The position numbers and the translations under genes are program-made. DNA of 64,000 nucleotides from an uncultured Clostridia bacterium (GTDB taxonomy: Bacteria > Bacillota > Clostridia > Monoglobales > Monoglobaceae), in contig CANRNL010000006.1 of assembly GCA_947631965.1 (NCBI GenBank), positions 7,263 through 71,262 of the forward strand. Direction: 5' to 3'. The notes under the pieces were generated by a model that did not search any database, had not been told where the DNA came from, and saw nothing but the letters and a program-made list of their open reading frames with translations. Shown in pieces: positions 1 to 11,319 of the stretch (its first letter is position 1; every line of letters starts with the position of its first letter).

Positions 1-506
1 TTGGCGTCGCTGAGCAGTTTTTGAGCCGCTTCTTCGGTTTTGGCCTGCTTTCCGTGACCGCCGAGCTTGTTTATGTGCTGCGGGGTAAGCCCCAGATGTC
101 CCATAACCGGTATTCCCGCGTTTATTATGGCGCGCACCGTGTCGCATATCTCCGCGCCGCCCTCCAGCTTAACCGCGTTTGCACAGCCCTCCGAGATGAG
201 CGCACCCGCGTTTTTAACAGCGTCATACACTCCGGTGTGATAGCTGAGAAACGGCATATCCGCGACAATCAACGCGCGTTTCGCGCCGCGCGACACCGCC
301 TTTGTGTGGTGGAGCATATCCGCCATCGTGACGTGAGTGGTGTCCTCGTAGCCGAGAACGACGTTGCCGAGGGAATCCCCGACCAGAATCATATCGATTT
401 CCGCCTCGTCGAGTATTTTCGCCATCGGATAGTCATAGGCGGTCAGCATCGAAATCTTTTCGCGGCCTTTCATTTCTTTTATTGTTTTTGTGGTTATTTT
501 TTTCAT
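1..506 (-). CDS. panB: 3-methyl-2-oxobutanoate hydroxymethyltransferase (N-terminal part; gene runs off the left window edge)
   Basis: Reverse-strand ATG at comp(504..506), preceded by GGAGGG. The translation reads [71 protein letters not shown]..., a typical PanB N-terminus. There is no stop inside the window, so it is missing from the ORF track. Plus-strand ORF 21..512 is its antisense shadow. Confidence 0.9.
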   Translation of the reverse strand, partial: MKKITTKTIKEMKGREKISMLTAYDYPMAKILDEAEIDMILVGDSLGNVVLGYEDTTHVTMADMLHHTKAVSRGAKRALIVADMPFLSYHTGVYDAVKNAGALISEGCANAVKLEGGAEICDTVRAIINAGIPVMGHLGLTPQHINKLGGHGKQAKTEEAAQKLLSDA

Positions 507-707
507 AGCTAAGCCCTCCGAACACGTTCTTACCTATTAAAATATATATTTTGGTATGCTAACATTTAAACAGTTTAAAATTTTTTATAAAATTATGGAA
601 CAAAATCCAGGTACGAACAGTCTAATTAAATGTAAATCCAAATTAAGTATAGCACAAAAAAATATATAAGTAAAGACAAATGCAAATATAAATAATTAAA
701 AAAAGCC

Positions 708-736
708 TTGACATATTTGGGTGATGGGGTTAGAAT
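708..736 (+). promoter_or_regulatory. sigma-A type promoter for pyrG (TTGACA - 17 bp - TAGAAT)
   Basis: TTGACA at 708..713 and TAGAAT at 731..736 with exact 17-bp spacing, sitting at the end of a roughly 200-bp very AT-rich divergent intergenic region. Confidence 0.6.
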
Positions 737-787
737 ATACTATATAATGTCATTTATTAGCAGATTTGGTTAAGGGGGGGGATTTAA

Positions 788-2398
<1,611 letters not shown>

Positions 2399-2449
2399 CT
2401 TTCTCAGATTGTAGATTTGTTACAAAATTGTTAAATCTGGAAAATAATA

Positions 2450-2479
2450 TTGACAATTCCGACCGTTTAGTGATATAAT
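2450..2479 (+). promoter_or_regulatory. strong extended -10 promoter (TTGACA - 18 bp - TGaTATAAT) with a roughly 150-nt 5' UTR ahead of the SLH gene
   Basis: TTGACA at 2450..2455, TG at 2471..2472, TATAAT at 2474..2479. The leader contains a GAGAGGAGAG...CTCTCCGAGA hairpin, and RBS AAGGAGG precedes the ATG at 2636. Confidence 0.65.
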
Positions 2480-2635
2480 CTGAATAAGTTTAGTGGCGTA
2501 TTGTGCGCAATCGCGCTTCTAAACGAGTTGCGGCGCTTGATATTGCTGAGAGGAGAGCGGTGATTTCAAGTGAAAAACATCTCTCCGAGAAAATTTGAAA
2601 AAAAATTAAAATTATTTATAAGGAGGAATTGAGAC

Positions 2636-5600
2636 ATGAAAAATCTCAAGAAAGTGATTGCTTTGGTTGCAGTATTTGCACTTGTGTTCACTACTGTAAC
2701 AGCGTTTGCATCGAGTTTCGTTGATGTTGATGACAATGCAAACTACATCGAAGCAGTCGAAGCACTTAACAAGCTCGGTATTATTACCGGCGACACGAAC
2801 GACAATGGAGAACCTGTGTATAGACCGGATGACTCTGTAACGAGAGCGGAGATGGCTGCTTTGGTTTCGAGAATGCAGGCCTTCAACGCAAGCTCGCAGT
2901 CGGCAACTCCGTTTACGGATGTTCCCACGACCCACTGGGCATCGGGATATGTTGCAGCTGCTGCACAGACCGGTATTGTTAACGGCTATGGCGACGGAAC
3001 CTTCGGTCCCGAAGATCCCGTTCTGTATGAGCAGGTTATCAAGATGGTAATGGTTACTCTCGGTTATGAGCCTTTTGCGGCTGCTAACGGCGGTTATCCG
3101 ACAGGTTACACCATCGCAGCAAGCAGATATGACGTAACTAAGGACGTTACCGGCGGCGTACCGGGACAGCCTGCTCCGAGAGCTACCATCGCTCAGATTA
3201 TTTATAACGCTATCGATACTCCTATCATGGAACCCTATTACTATGGTACAGGTAGCGAGAACTATGTAATCTACGACGGTTTGGGTAACTTCCCCCGCAG
3301 AACTCTTTTGAGCCAGAACCTTAAGGTTACAAAGCTCAGAGGTCAGCTTATCGACAACGGTATTACGGACATCAATAACAACAACGTAACTATCGACACC
3401 GATGAAGAGAGAACCGTAAGCGTAAGAATTAACGGCGTTTATAACACTGACAATTCCGACTACGCTGATTTCGATGAGAATGATGACAATTACATCAGAG
3501 ATTATCTCGCAGGTGATTCCGGTATCGAGAAGTATATCGGTCAGCAGATAGTTCTCTATGTAAAGGCTGACGAGACAAAGGCATATCCGGAAGTTATTTC
3601 GGCTGCTCCCGAGGCCGGTAAGAACAAGGTTGAATCTTTCACGGTTGACAAGTTCGATAAGGTTGAGCAGAACAACAATACAGACGTTATAAGATATTAC
3701 AGAAACGACACCGACAGAACTTCTACGAAGTGCACACTTCAGGAAGGCTATCACCTCATCTACAACAACGTTGGCGGATATTTGGTTGACGCTGTATTCG
3801 GTGAAGGACAGCCGGTTCAGAAGGATTCTAAGGTTGGCGGTAAAGTAACTCTTTATGATACCGACAGCGTTTCGGGCTATGACGTAGTTATAGTTGAAGT
3901 TGCGGCTACCGCAGTTGTTGACTCTGTTGACGGAAACTTGATTTCGTTCAAGAATTCGCCCGGTGAGAGCGTTTACAGAAATGCAGGTATGCTTGCAAAC
4001 ATCTCGGTTGACGAGAACGATTCTTCGCAGATTATCAACATAACCAAGGACGGCGCTGATGTAGCTTACACCGACCTCGCAGAGTGGGATGTTCTCTCTG
4101 TTATCTGCAACGAAGATTTTGATAACTACTATGATATCAGAGTAATTTCGAACGTTGTTGAGGGTACTATTTCTACACAGTCGGGTTCTGACACATCGGA
4201 TACCGGTTACAAGTACAGAATCGGCGACGGAACATATGATGTAGCTGTAGGCGCTTATGAGGCAGACGGTCTTGAGCCCGGTGATGCAGGTCTGTTCTAT
4301 ATCGACGAGTATGGAAAGATTGCTGCATACAGCCAGGATTACAGCGCAAGCACAGGTAACGGCAACTATGCTTATATCATTAAGGCTGTTGGCGATACCG
4401 ACGACTTTGGCAACAAGACTCTTACCATAAAGATGCTCACCGCTAAAGACGGAATCAGAACCTGGAACGTTGCTTCGAATCTTACAATAAGAGATCACAA
4501 GAACTCTACAAAGGCTAACGAAGCGATATTCGGTACTGCGGATATCAGCAGATATAAGGTTAAGGACGACGATACGCTCGGTGCTACAGCGAATGCACTT
4601 ACCGGTCAGGTAATTAAGTATTCGACCAACTCTTCGAGCCAGATATCGGCTATCGAACTTGTAGCTGATAATGATGACGACAGCAACCACCTCAGTCTGA
4701 TGTATGATTATGGTGACAGCGATGTAACATACGAAGCAGAAGACCAGAGATTTGTTGGTAGCAGGAGAACTTTTGTAGGCGAGAATGCAATCGTATTCTT
4801 CGTAAACGGTGAAAATGATGACAACGCTGAAGTTGGTACAATCGCTGACATCGCAGACAACGAAACATACAATGGCGTATCGCTCTATGATGAAGAGTCT
4901 GAAGGACCGAAGCTTATCGTTATAGATGACGAGAATGCAGCGACAGGTATTTCGACCTCCTCTTCGGCAATCGTTATCGAAGGTGTTGGTACAACCACCA
5001 ACAGCGAGGGTACAGTTGTAACAACTCTCTCGTACTATCAGGATGGTACTCTTAAGGACGCTATGGCTAGCGAGACTATCAATGAAGGAAATAACGTTAG
5101 CATCAGCGAATACAACGAAGGAGATATGGCTCTCATATCGCTCAATGCAAACGGCGAAATCAAGAGCATTAAGCCTATCGTAATGTTCGACAGCGACTAT
5201 GTAAGAGATGACGCTACTCCGGACTTCCCGACCGGTCAGATTTTCAATAACGATACTAAGAACGTTACTGACGAAGGTGTTGCGGTTAAGAAGAGCGGTT
5301 CGAGAATAACCATCACAGATGCGAACGGCGGAAATGAGCGTTCTTACAACATCTCGGGTGCAAATGTTTATGTTTATGATGTAGCTAAGGCAAGAAACAA
5401 CCTGACCGTTGGTTCTACCGGAAGCGTTCTTATAAACCAGACATTGCTCAACGGTTCGTCATTTGGTAAGGATGATGACCTCATCTACAACGTATACACC
5501 AATGATTACGGTACTATTGCTGAGACGCCGGCTTACGCACTTTGCGACTATGTATATGTAAGAACTTATGAAGACGACGTAATTGATGTACTTGTTATCA

Positions 5601-5641
5601 AGGCTGCTGACTTTGGTACACTTCGTTACGAGCCCAAATAA
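2636..5641 (+). CDS. S-layer-like surface protein: signal peptide plus three N-terminal SLH repeats, then a roughly 800-aa region of unknown fold
   Basis: Signal peptide MKNLKKVIALVAVFALVFTTVTAFA. SLH motifs include FVDVDD..LNKLGIITGD..VTRAEMAALV, FTDVPTTHWASGYV..GIVNGYGDGTFGPEDPV and a third. Paralogous to 42385..45225 and 53049..55991. Confidence 0.9.
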   Translation: MKNLKKVIALVAVFALVFTTVTAFASSFVDVDDNANYIEAVEALNKLGIITGDTNDNGEPVYRPDDSVTRAEMAALVSRMQAFNASSQSATPFTDVPTTHWASGYVAAAAQTGIVNGYGDGTFGPEDPVLYEQVIKMVMVTLGYEPFAAANGGYPTGYTIAASRYDVTKDVTGGVPGQPAPRATIAQIIYNAIDTPIMEPYYYGTGSENYVIYDGLGNFPRRTLLSQNLKVTKLRGQLIDNGITDINNNNVTIDTDEERTVSVRINGVYNTDNSDYADFDENDDNYIRDYLAGDSGIEKYIGQQIVLYVKADETKAYPEVISAAPEAGKNKVESFTVDKFDKVEQNNNTDVIRYYRNDTDRTSTKCTLQEGYHLIYNNVGGYLVDAVFGEGQPVQKDSKVGGKVTLYDTDSVSGYDVVIVEVAATAVVDSVDGNLISFKNSPGESVYRNAGMLANISVDENDSSQIINITKDGADVAYTDLAEWDVLSVICNEDFDNYYDIRVISNVVEGTISTQSGSDTSDTGYKYRIGDGTYDVAVGAYEADGLEPGDAGLFYIDEYGKIAAYSQDYSASTGNGNYAYIIKAVGDTDDFGNKTLTIKMLTAKDGIRTWNVASNLTIRDHKNSTKANEAIFGTADISRYKVKDDDTLGATANALTGQVIKYSTNSSSQISAIELVADNDDDSNHLSLMYDYGDSDVTYEAEDQRFVGSRRTFVGENAIVFFVNGENDDNAEVGTIADIADNETYNGVSLYDEESEGPKLIVIDDENAATGISTSSSAIVIEGVGTTTNSEGTVVTTLSYYQDGTLKDAMASETINEGNNVSISEYNEGDMALISLNANGEIKSIKPIVMFDSDYVRDDATPDFPTGQIFNNDTKNVTDEGVAVKKSGSRITITDANGGNERSYNISGANVYVYDVAKARNNLTVGSTGSVLINQTLLNGSSFGKDDDLIYNVYTNDYGTIAETPAYALCDYVYVRTYEDDVIDVLVIKAADFGTLRYEPK

Positions 5642-5677
5642 GTTAACGGTTGCTTAGAGCAATTAGGTTAATAAAAA

Positions 5678-5709
5678 AGCGAAACCCGTTTCGGGTTTCG
5701 CTTTTTTTA
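5678..5709 (+). terminator. rho-independent terminator
   Basis: AGCGAAACCC-gttt-CGGGTTTCGCT hairpin followed by a T-run. Confidence 0.85.
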
Positions 5710-5804
5710 TCGTTATGCAGATGATAGTATGATAGTATGTATTAAGCCGCCTCTGATATTAAGATAGCTTGGCTGTTCTTTTATCTCTCTATCGGTAAAA
5801 GAAT

Positions 5805-5836
5805 ATAAACAAAGCCCGCACCTTTTTGGTGCGGGC
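5805..5836 (-). terminator. rho-independent terminator of the pheS-pheT-ireB operon
   Basis: GCCCGCACC-ttttt-GGTGCGGGC hairpin, followed on the minus strand by TTTGTTTAT. Confidence 0.75.
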
Positions 5837-5907
5837 AACAGTTCAAGTGATTTTCTTCGCGTAATAACTTACGCTTGCGGTAGACCGAGTTTTTCAATGC
5901 CTGCCGA

Positions 5908-6183
5908 TTATTTTTCTTCAACGTAATACTTCACAAGCTCCTCCAGAATTTCATCTGTTTCGAGCTTGCGTATGAGCGAGCGCGCGTTGTCGTAAGAGGT
6001 TATATACGACGGGTCGCCCGACATAATATAGCCGACGATTTGGTTTATCGGATTGTAGCCCTTTGCCGCAAGTGCGTCGTGTACCCGAAGTATTATTTCA
6101 CGGGGAGAGAGCGCCTTCTCACGCACCGCCTCAAATTTCATCGTAGCCTGCAAATCATTGTTATTTTCAATTCCCATTGCCAT
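5908..6183 (-). CDS. ireB: IreB/UPF0297 family regulatory phosphoprotein
   Basis: Contains [59 protein letters not shown], the conserved UPF0297 core. The start is placed at the ATG (MAMGIENN) 6 nt after AAGGTG; the ORF track starts 3 codons earlier at a GTG. Confidence 0.88.
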   Translation of the reverse strand: MAMGIENNNDLQATMKFEAVREKALSPREIILRVHDALAAKGYNPINQIVGYIMSGDPSYITSYDNARSLIRKLETDEILEELVKYYVEEK

Positions 6184-6225
6184 TTTATACACCTTACCTT
6201 TATTAAAGTGAATTTTTATGATTTA

Positions 6226-8592
6226 TTACGCTCTGAGCGATGCTCCGAGCTTTGTTTCAAGTGCCTTTACGATTTTGTTCATAACCTCCGAAACCTCATC
6301 ATCAACCAGAGTTCTGTCCGCCGCGCGGAAGGTTATCGAATACGCGACACTCTTTTTATTCTCGCCGACCTGCTCTCCGCGATAAACGTCAAACAGCTTA
6401 TAGCTTTCGAGTATTTTGCCTGCGTTCTCTTCAATAATTTTCTCAATATCCGCAACATTTATACTGTCGTCCAGCACCATCGCAATATCGCGCGAGGTGG
6501 AGGGGAACTTCGGAAGCTGAGAATATGTTATCTCGCTTGAGCAAAGCGGCAAAATTGCCCCAAAATCAAGCTCTGCAATATATATTTCGGTGTTTATTTT
6601 GTAGTTTTTCGCCACCCTCGGATGAATCTGTCCGAGTATGCCGATTATTTTATTTTTTACGGCAATCACCGCACAGCGTCCGGGGTGGAAGGTCGGGTCC
6701 TGCTTTTCGGGCATAAATGCCGGACGCGGTACACCGAGCCTTTTAAGGAGCTGACAAACAGCGCCCTTTAAGTCGTAGAAGTCAACATCGCCGTACATAC
6801 CGAGCGACAGGGTTCCTATTTCGTCGGGAAGCTGTTGTCCCTCGACCGGTATATATCTCGTGCCAAGCTCAAATACCGCCGCGGACGGAATACGTCTGCT
6901 GTAATTCGTCTTTAGCACTTCCAGCGTCGTGGGAATAAGCGTGGTTCTCATAATGCTGTTTTCCTCGCCGAGCGGATTTATAATTTTGAGCGTGTTCCTG
7001 AGCGGACTGTCCGCGGGAACATTTATATCGTCAAAAAGCTTCGGGTCGGTAAACGAGTAAGTCATAATTTCAAAGAAGCCCAGCGAGGTCAAAATATCCT
7101 TTGTCTTGTCCTCAAGCTGCTGCTTGCGGCTCTTGCCGCCCGTAGTGACGCGGCTGTTCATAAGCACGGTCGGAATTTTGTCGTAGCCGTATATTCGCAC
7201 GATTTCCTCCGCTATGTCGGCGTATGTCTCAATGTCGCCGCGGAAAGACGGCACGATAATGGTTCCGTCGCTCTCTACTTTAAATTCAAGACTTTCAAGA
7301 ATTTTAACCATTTCTTCGCGCGGTATGTCCATACCGAGGAAGTTGTTGATTTGCCTGTCGTCCAGCTTTAATTTAAGAGGCTCTTTCGGAGCGCATCTTA
7401 CGTCTATCATTCCGCTCAGCACCGTGCCGCCCATATCGGACAACAGCTTGCAGGCGCGTTCCATAGCCTTTGATGCGTTTTCGGGGTCAAGCCCTTTTTC
7501 AAACAGCGCGGACGCGTCAGTCCTCATACCGAGCTTTTTCGCCGCGCGTCGAATTTTAACACCGCTGAACGTTGCCGCCTCAAAGAGGACGCGGGTGGTA
7601 TTTTCCGACACCTCGGTATTCGCGCCGCCCATTATTCCCGCGACGCCTATCGAGCGCTCCGTGTCCGAAATAACAATCATTGTGCTGTCCAGCTTATGCG
7701 GTTTGTCATCCAGCGTTTCGAGAAGCTCGCCGTCCTCCGCCGCGCGCACGATGATTTTTCCGCCCTTTATTTGGTCGAAGTCGTAGGAGTGCATCGGCTG
7801 CCCGTATTCAAGCATAACATAGTTGGTTATATCAACCACATTGTTTATCGGGCGCAGACCGCACTCGCGCAGTCGCTTTTGCATCCAGTCGGGTGACGGA
7901 GCTATCTTTACGTTTTCCACAAGTCTTGCGGTATAACGCGGACACAGCGAAAAGTCTTTTACTTCGACCGAAACATAGTCGGCCGCCTTTTTTTCGGATT
8001 CGGGATAGCTGTTGCCCGGCTCCGTGAATTTACGTCCGAATGTAGCCGCAGTCTCTTTTGCAAGCCCTATAACGCTCATACAGTCGGGGCGGTTGGAGGT
8101 TATTTCAAACTCAACCACGTTTTCGTCAAGCTTTAAGTATTTGCATATATCCTCGCCTATAGGCGCGTCGTCGGGCAAAATCAAAATTCCGTCGGCGCGA
8201 GTCTCGGAAATGCCAAGCTCGTCGGTCGAGCACATCATTCCCGCGCTTTCTACGCCGCGCAGCTTGCTCTTTGTTATTTTGACTCCGCCGGGGAGGGTGG
8301 ATTTATGTTTTGCAACAACAACATATGCGCCCTCAAACGCGTTAGGTGCGCCGGTAACAATTTGAAGCGGCGCTTCCTCTCCGACGTTTACCTGACATAC
8401 CACCAGCTTATCCGCGTCGGGGTGCTTTTCTATTTTCTCAATTTTACCTACGACCACGTTTTTGATTTCATCCGCGCGGTTCTCGATTTTTTCAACCTTG
8501 GAACCGCTCATGGTCATTTCGCGCTCGTAGCTTTCGGCGTCTATGCCGTCGGTATTCATATAATCTTTAAGCCATGACATTGGCAGCTTCAT
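6226..8592 (-). CDS. pheT: phenylalanine--tRNA ligase beta subunit
   Basis: 788-aa ORF. N-terminus MKLPMSWLKDYM, a tRNA-binding domain, B3/4 and B5 regions and a C-terminal anticodon-binding-like domain. Lies immediately downstream of pheS. Confidence 0.97.
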   Translation of the reverse strand: MKLPMSWLKDYMNTDGIDAESYEREMTMSGSKVEKIENRADEIKNVVVGKIEKIEKHPDADKLVVCQVNVGEEAPLQIVTGAPNAFEGAYVVVAKHKSTLPGGVKITKSKLRGVESAGMMCSTDELGISETRADGILILPDDAPIGEDICKYLKLDENVVEFEITSNRPDCMSVIGLAKETAATFGRKFTEPGNSYPESEKKAADYVSVEVKDFSLCPRYTARLVENVKIAPSPDWMQKRLRECGLRPINNVVDITNYVMLEYGQPMHSYDFDQIKGGKIIVRAAEDGELLETLDDKPHKLDSTMIVISDTERSIGVAGIMGGANTEVSENTTRVLFEAATFSGVKIRRAAKKLGMRTDASALFEKGLDPENASKAMERACKLLSDMGGTVLSGMIDVRCAPKEPLKLKLDDRQINNFLGMDIPREEMVKILESLEFKVESDGTIIVPSFRGDIETYADIAEEIVRIYGYDKIPTVLMNSRVTTGGKSRKQQLEDKTKDILTSLGFFEIMTYSFTDPKLFDDINVPADSPLRNTLKIINPLGEENSIMRTTLIPTTLEVLKTNYSRRIPSAAVFELGTRYIPVEGQQLPDEIGTLSLGMYGDVDFYDLKGAVCQLLKRLGVPRPAFMPEKQDPTFHPGRCAVIAVKNKIIGILGQIHPRVAKNYKINTEIYIAELDFGAILPLCSSEITYSQLPKFPSTSRDIAMVLDDSINVADIEKIIEENAGKILESYKLFDVYRGEQVGENKKSVAYSITFRAADRTLVDDEVSEVMNKIVKALETKLGASLRA

Positions 8593-8634
8593 AACTTACT
8601 CAATCCTTCCAAATTTATTTCGTGTATCGAATAA

Positions 8635-9657
8635 TCAAAACTGATTTAAAAATCTCAGGTCGTTTTCAAAGAACAGACGCATATCGTCAATACCGTATCT
8701 GAACAGAGCGACGCGCTCCAGTCCTATGCCGAACGCAAAGCCCGAATACTCGTCGGGGTCTATGCCGCAAATTTTCAGCACCTTCGGATGAACCATTCCG
8801 CAGCCGAGAATTTCTATCCAGCCTTCGCCCTTACAAACGCTGCAGCCTTTGCCGCCGCAGTTGAAGCAGGATATGTCAACCTCTGCGCTCGGCTCGGTAA
8901 ACGGAAAGTGGTGCGGACGGAAACGCAGTCTTGTGTCCTCGCCGTAAAGTTTGCGGGCAAATGTTTCGAGCGTTCCTTTGAGGTTCGCCATTGTGATGCC
9001 CTTATCCACAACAAGACCCTCTATCTGGTGAAATACGGGAGAATGTGTGGCGTCCACCGAGTCGCTTCGGAAAACGCGTCCCGGAGCGATAATTCGTATC
9101 GGCGGCTTATGCTGTTCCATATACCTTATCTGAACAGGAGAGGTCTGCGTTCTGAGCAGCACGTTGTCGTTTATATAAAACGTGTCCTGAGTGTCGCGCG
9201 CGGGGTGGTCGGGCGGAAGGTTGAGAGCTTCAAAGTTATAGTAGTCAAGCTCAACGTCAGGTCCCTCCGCTATGGAGTAGCCCATACCGATAAATATGTC
9301 TTTGAGGTCGTCCAGCACCGTGGTGAGCGGGTGCTTTTTGCCGAGCGATACCTCGCGCCCCGGCATAGTGACGTCAATCGTTTCGGAAGCGAGCTTCATA
9401 TTCTCAAACTTCTGAGCAAGACTTGCGCGTGTCTCCTCCAGCTTTTCCTCTATTGCCGCGCGCACCTCGTTTGCGCGCTGTCCGACTATCGGCCTTTCTT
9501 CGGGCGAAAGCGACCCCATACTTTTGAGTACGGAGGTCAGCGAGCCTTTTTTACCGAGATATTTCACGCGGAAGCTCTCCAGCGCTTCAACGCTGCCTAT
9601 CTCGCCAAGCTCCTCAATTGCCTGATTTTTTATTTTTTCCAAGGTTTCCTTTATCAT
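8635..9657 (-). CDS. pheS: phenylalanine--tRNA ligase alpha subunit
   Basis: Class II aaRS motifs ([48 protein letters not shown]). The start is moved to the ATG (MIKETLEK) 7 nt after GAGGGA; the track ORF begins 5 codons earlier at GTG 9672. Confidence 0.96.
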   Translation of the reverse strand: MIKETLEKIKNQAIEELGEIGSVEALESFRVKYLGKKGSLTSVLKSMGSLSPEERPIVGQRANEVRAAIEEKLEETRASLAQKFENMKLASETIDVTMPGREVSLGKKHPLTTVLDDLKDIFIGMGYSIAEGPDVELDYYNFEALNLPPDHPARDTQDTFYINDNVLLRTQTSPVQIRYMEQHKPPIRIIAPGRVFRSDSVDATHSPVFHQIEGLVVDKGITMANLKGTLETFARKLYGEDTRLRFRPHHFPFTEPSAEVDISCFNCGGKGCSVCKGEGWIEILGCGMVHPKVLKICGIDPDEYSGFAFGIGLERVALFRYGIDDMRLFFENDLRFLNQF

Positions 9658-9706
9658 AAAATTATCCCTCACTTTGAAACCTACCGTGTGGTCTTAATAA
9701 TACTAT

Positions 9707-9736
9707 ATTCTACCACAAAAACACCTGTCTCGTCAA
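9707..9736 (-). promoter_or_regulatory. pheS promoter (TTGACG - 18 bp - TGgTAGAAT) with a short leader
   Basis: The minus strand reads TTGACGagacaggtgtttttgtggTAGAAT. About 40-50 nt remain to the pheS start. Confidence 0.6.
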
Positions 9737-9810
9737 CCGTATAGAATAATAAAAAGCAGATTTTTTGCAGGTTTTGATAGGCCGCCGTGCGGCCGCGGGC
9801 GGGCAGGGCG

Positions 9811-9853
9811 CAAAAAAGCACGCCGCGCAGTCCCCGCGCGGCGTGTCGTTTTT
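9811..9853. terminator. bidirectional GC-rich hairpin terminator (ends the cyclophilin gene on the minus strand)
   Basis: ACGCCGCGC-agtcccc-GCGCGGCGT, flanked by an A-run on the left and a T-run on the right. Confidence 0.75.
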
Positions 9854-9876
9854 ATATTGTATATAAAGCGTGAACC

Positions 9877-10461
9877 TTACTCCACAATCGTAGCGCTCTT
9901 TATAACAATAGGCGTTACGGGCTTGGACTGTTGTCCGTCCAGTCCCATTGTGCGCTCGACTTCCAAAAAGCCGTCCACTACGTCCATACCCTCAACTACC
10001 TCTCCGAATGCGGCGTAGGAGCCGTCGAGGAAAGTGCAGTCGTCATAGCAGATAAAGAACTGACTGCTTGCGCTGTCGGGGTCGTTCGCGCGCGCCATCG
10101 AAACAACGCCGCGCTTATGAGAGAGCGTGTTCTGAGTAAAGCCGTTGCTCGAAAACTCACCCTTTATTTTGTCCTTGGAGCCGCCCGTTCCGGTGCCTTC
10201 GGGGTCGCCGCCCTGAGCCATAAAGCCGTCTACTACGCGGTGGAAAGTAAGTCCGTCGTAAAATCCTTCCGAAACAAGCTTTGTAAAGTTTTCAACCGTT
10301 TCGGGAGCGTATTCGGGATGAAGCTTGATTGTGAATGTGCCGCCGTTTTCCATTTCAAATTTAACCATTGAAGCCGTCTCCTTTTTTCCGCAGGCTCCGA
10401 GCAGGAGCGTAAGCGAGATAATCATTGCAAAACACAAAAATGCCGATAAAATTCTTTTCAT
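9877..10461 (-). CDS. cyclophilin-type peptidyl-prolyl cis-trans isomerase, lipoprotein
   Basis: Lipobox LLLGAC after MKRILSAFLCFAMIISLT. Cyclophilin core FHRVVDGFMAQGGDP...SMARANDPDSASSQFFI. The start is placed at MKRIL after GGAGG; the track ORF extends 19 codons upstream. Confidence 0.93.
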   Translation of the reverse strand: MKRILSAFLCFAMIISLTLLLGACGKKETASMVKFEMENGGTFTIKLHPEYAPETVENFTKLVSEGFYDGLTFHRVVDGFMAQGGDPEGTGTGGSKDKIKGEFSSNGFTQNTLSHKRGVVSMARANDPDSASSQFFICYDDCTFLDGSYAAFGEVVEGMDVVDGFLEVERTMGLDGQQSKPVTPIVIKSATIVE

Positions 10462-10631
10462 AAAAATACCTCCAAATTCTATTGTATCTATTTTAATGCC
10501 AAATATTTTATTTGTCAATATTTTCTTATATAATCTTGAAAAGTTTTATTTTTTGTGTTATTATCATACTGTACAGAATGGTTCGGACCGTACGGGTTCG
10601 GAATATATTAGTTCGGAAAGGACTGAGTGTT

Positions 10632-11258
10632 GTGGGAAATCTTGTAGTATCAATCGGCAGACAGTACGGAAGCGGCGGTCACGAGGTCGGAGAACGGCTT
10701 GCGGAAAAACTCGGTATTTCGTTTTATGACAAAGAGATAATTACTTCGGCGGCAAAGGCGAGCGGTCTTTCGGAGGAATTTTTTAAAAACGCCGACCAGA
10801 AAAAGACGAGCAGTTTTTTGTATTCCCTGACGGTCGGAGTAAACGCCGGAAAGGGTATAGGCTTTAACTACGGCGATTTGCTGACGAGCGACACTGTTTT
10901 CAAAATACAGTCCGGCGTTATAAAAGAGCTTCGCGACAAAGAGCCGTGCGTGATAGTCGGCCGCTGTGCGGACTATGTTTTGAGCGGACACGACAATCTT
11001 GTGCGCATATTTATTCACGCCGACGAAGCGGCGCGCGTGAAGCGTATTGCGGAGCGAAACTCCCTTTCCGATAAAGAGGCGCTGTCGCAAATCAACAAGA
11101 ACGACAAGAAACGTTCCAACTACTATGAGTTTTACACGGGGAACGAGTGGGGCAATGTCACAAATTACGATATTGCGCTCAACACCACCAAGGTCGGAGT
11201 TGAAAAGGCGGCGGATATTATAGCCGACTATATAAAAATTACTCATAAATTAGTTTAG
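10632..11258 (+). CDS. cytidylate kinase-like family protein (P-loop; function not established)
   Basis: VVSIGRQYGSGGHEVGERLAEKLGISFYDKEII is typical of the CMP-kinase-like family. The start is uncertain: GTG 10632 after GAAAGGA, or ATG 10578. The track ORF begins at 10512. Confidence 0.75.
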   Translation: MGNLVVSIGRQYGSGGHEVGERLAEKLGISFYDKEIITSAAKASGLSEEFFKNADQKKTSSFLYSLTVGVNAGKGIGFNYGDLLTSDTVFKIQSGVIKELRDKEPCVIVGRCADYVLSGHDNLVRIFIHADEAARVKRIAERNSLSDKEALSQINKNDKKRSNYYEFYTGNEWGNVTNYDIALNTTKVGVEKAADIIADYIKITHKLV

Positions 11259-11319
11259 ACGCACAAAGTGTTAAATCACGCCCGACACTAATATAAATAT
11301 TAGTGTCGGTGGTGATTTT

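Noticed and set aside
21-512. 163-aa plus-strand ORF at the left edge.
   Set aside because: The opposite strand encodes an unmistakable PanB N-terminus with RBS and ATG at comp(504..506). The plus ORF has no RBS and a meaningless Arg-rich sequence.
2612-4690. 692-aa minus-strand ORF, one of the longest in the track.
   Set aside because: It lies entirely antisense to the SLH protein gene, which has a promoter, RBS, signal peptide and SLH motifs. Its product is low-complexity (Val/Ile/Ser/Asn/Arg-rich) with no RBS. It is a shadow ORF of a codon-biased gene.
8788-9744. 318-aa plus-strand ORF opposite pheS.
   Set aside because: It is antisense to pheS, which shows all class II motifs.
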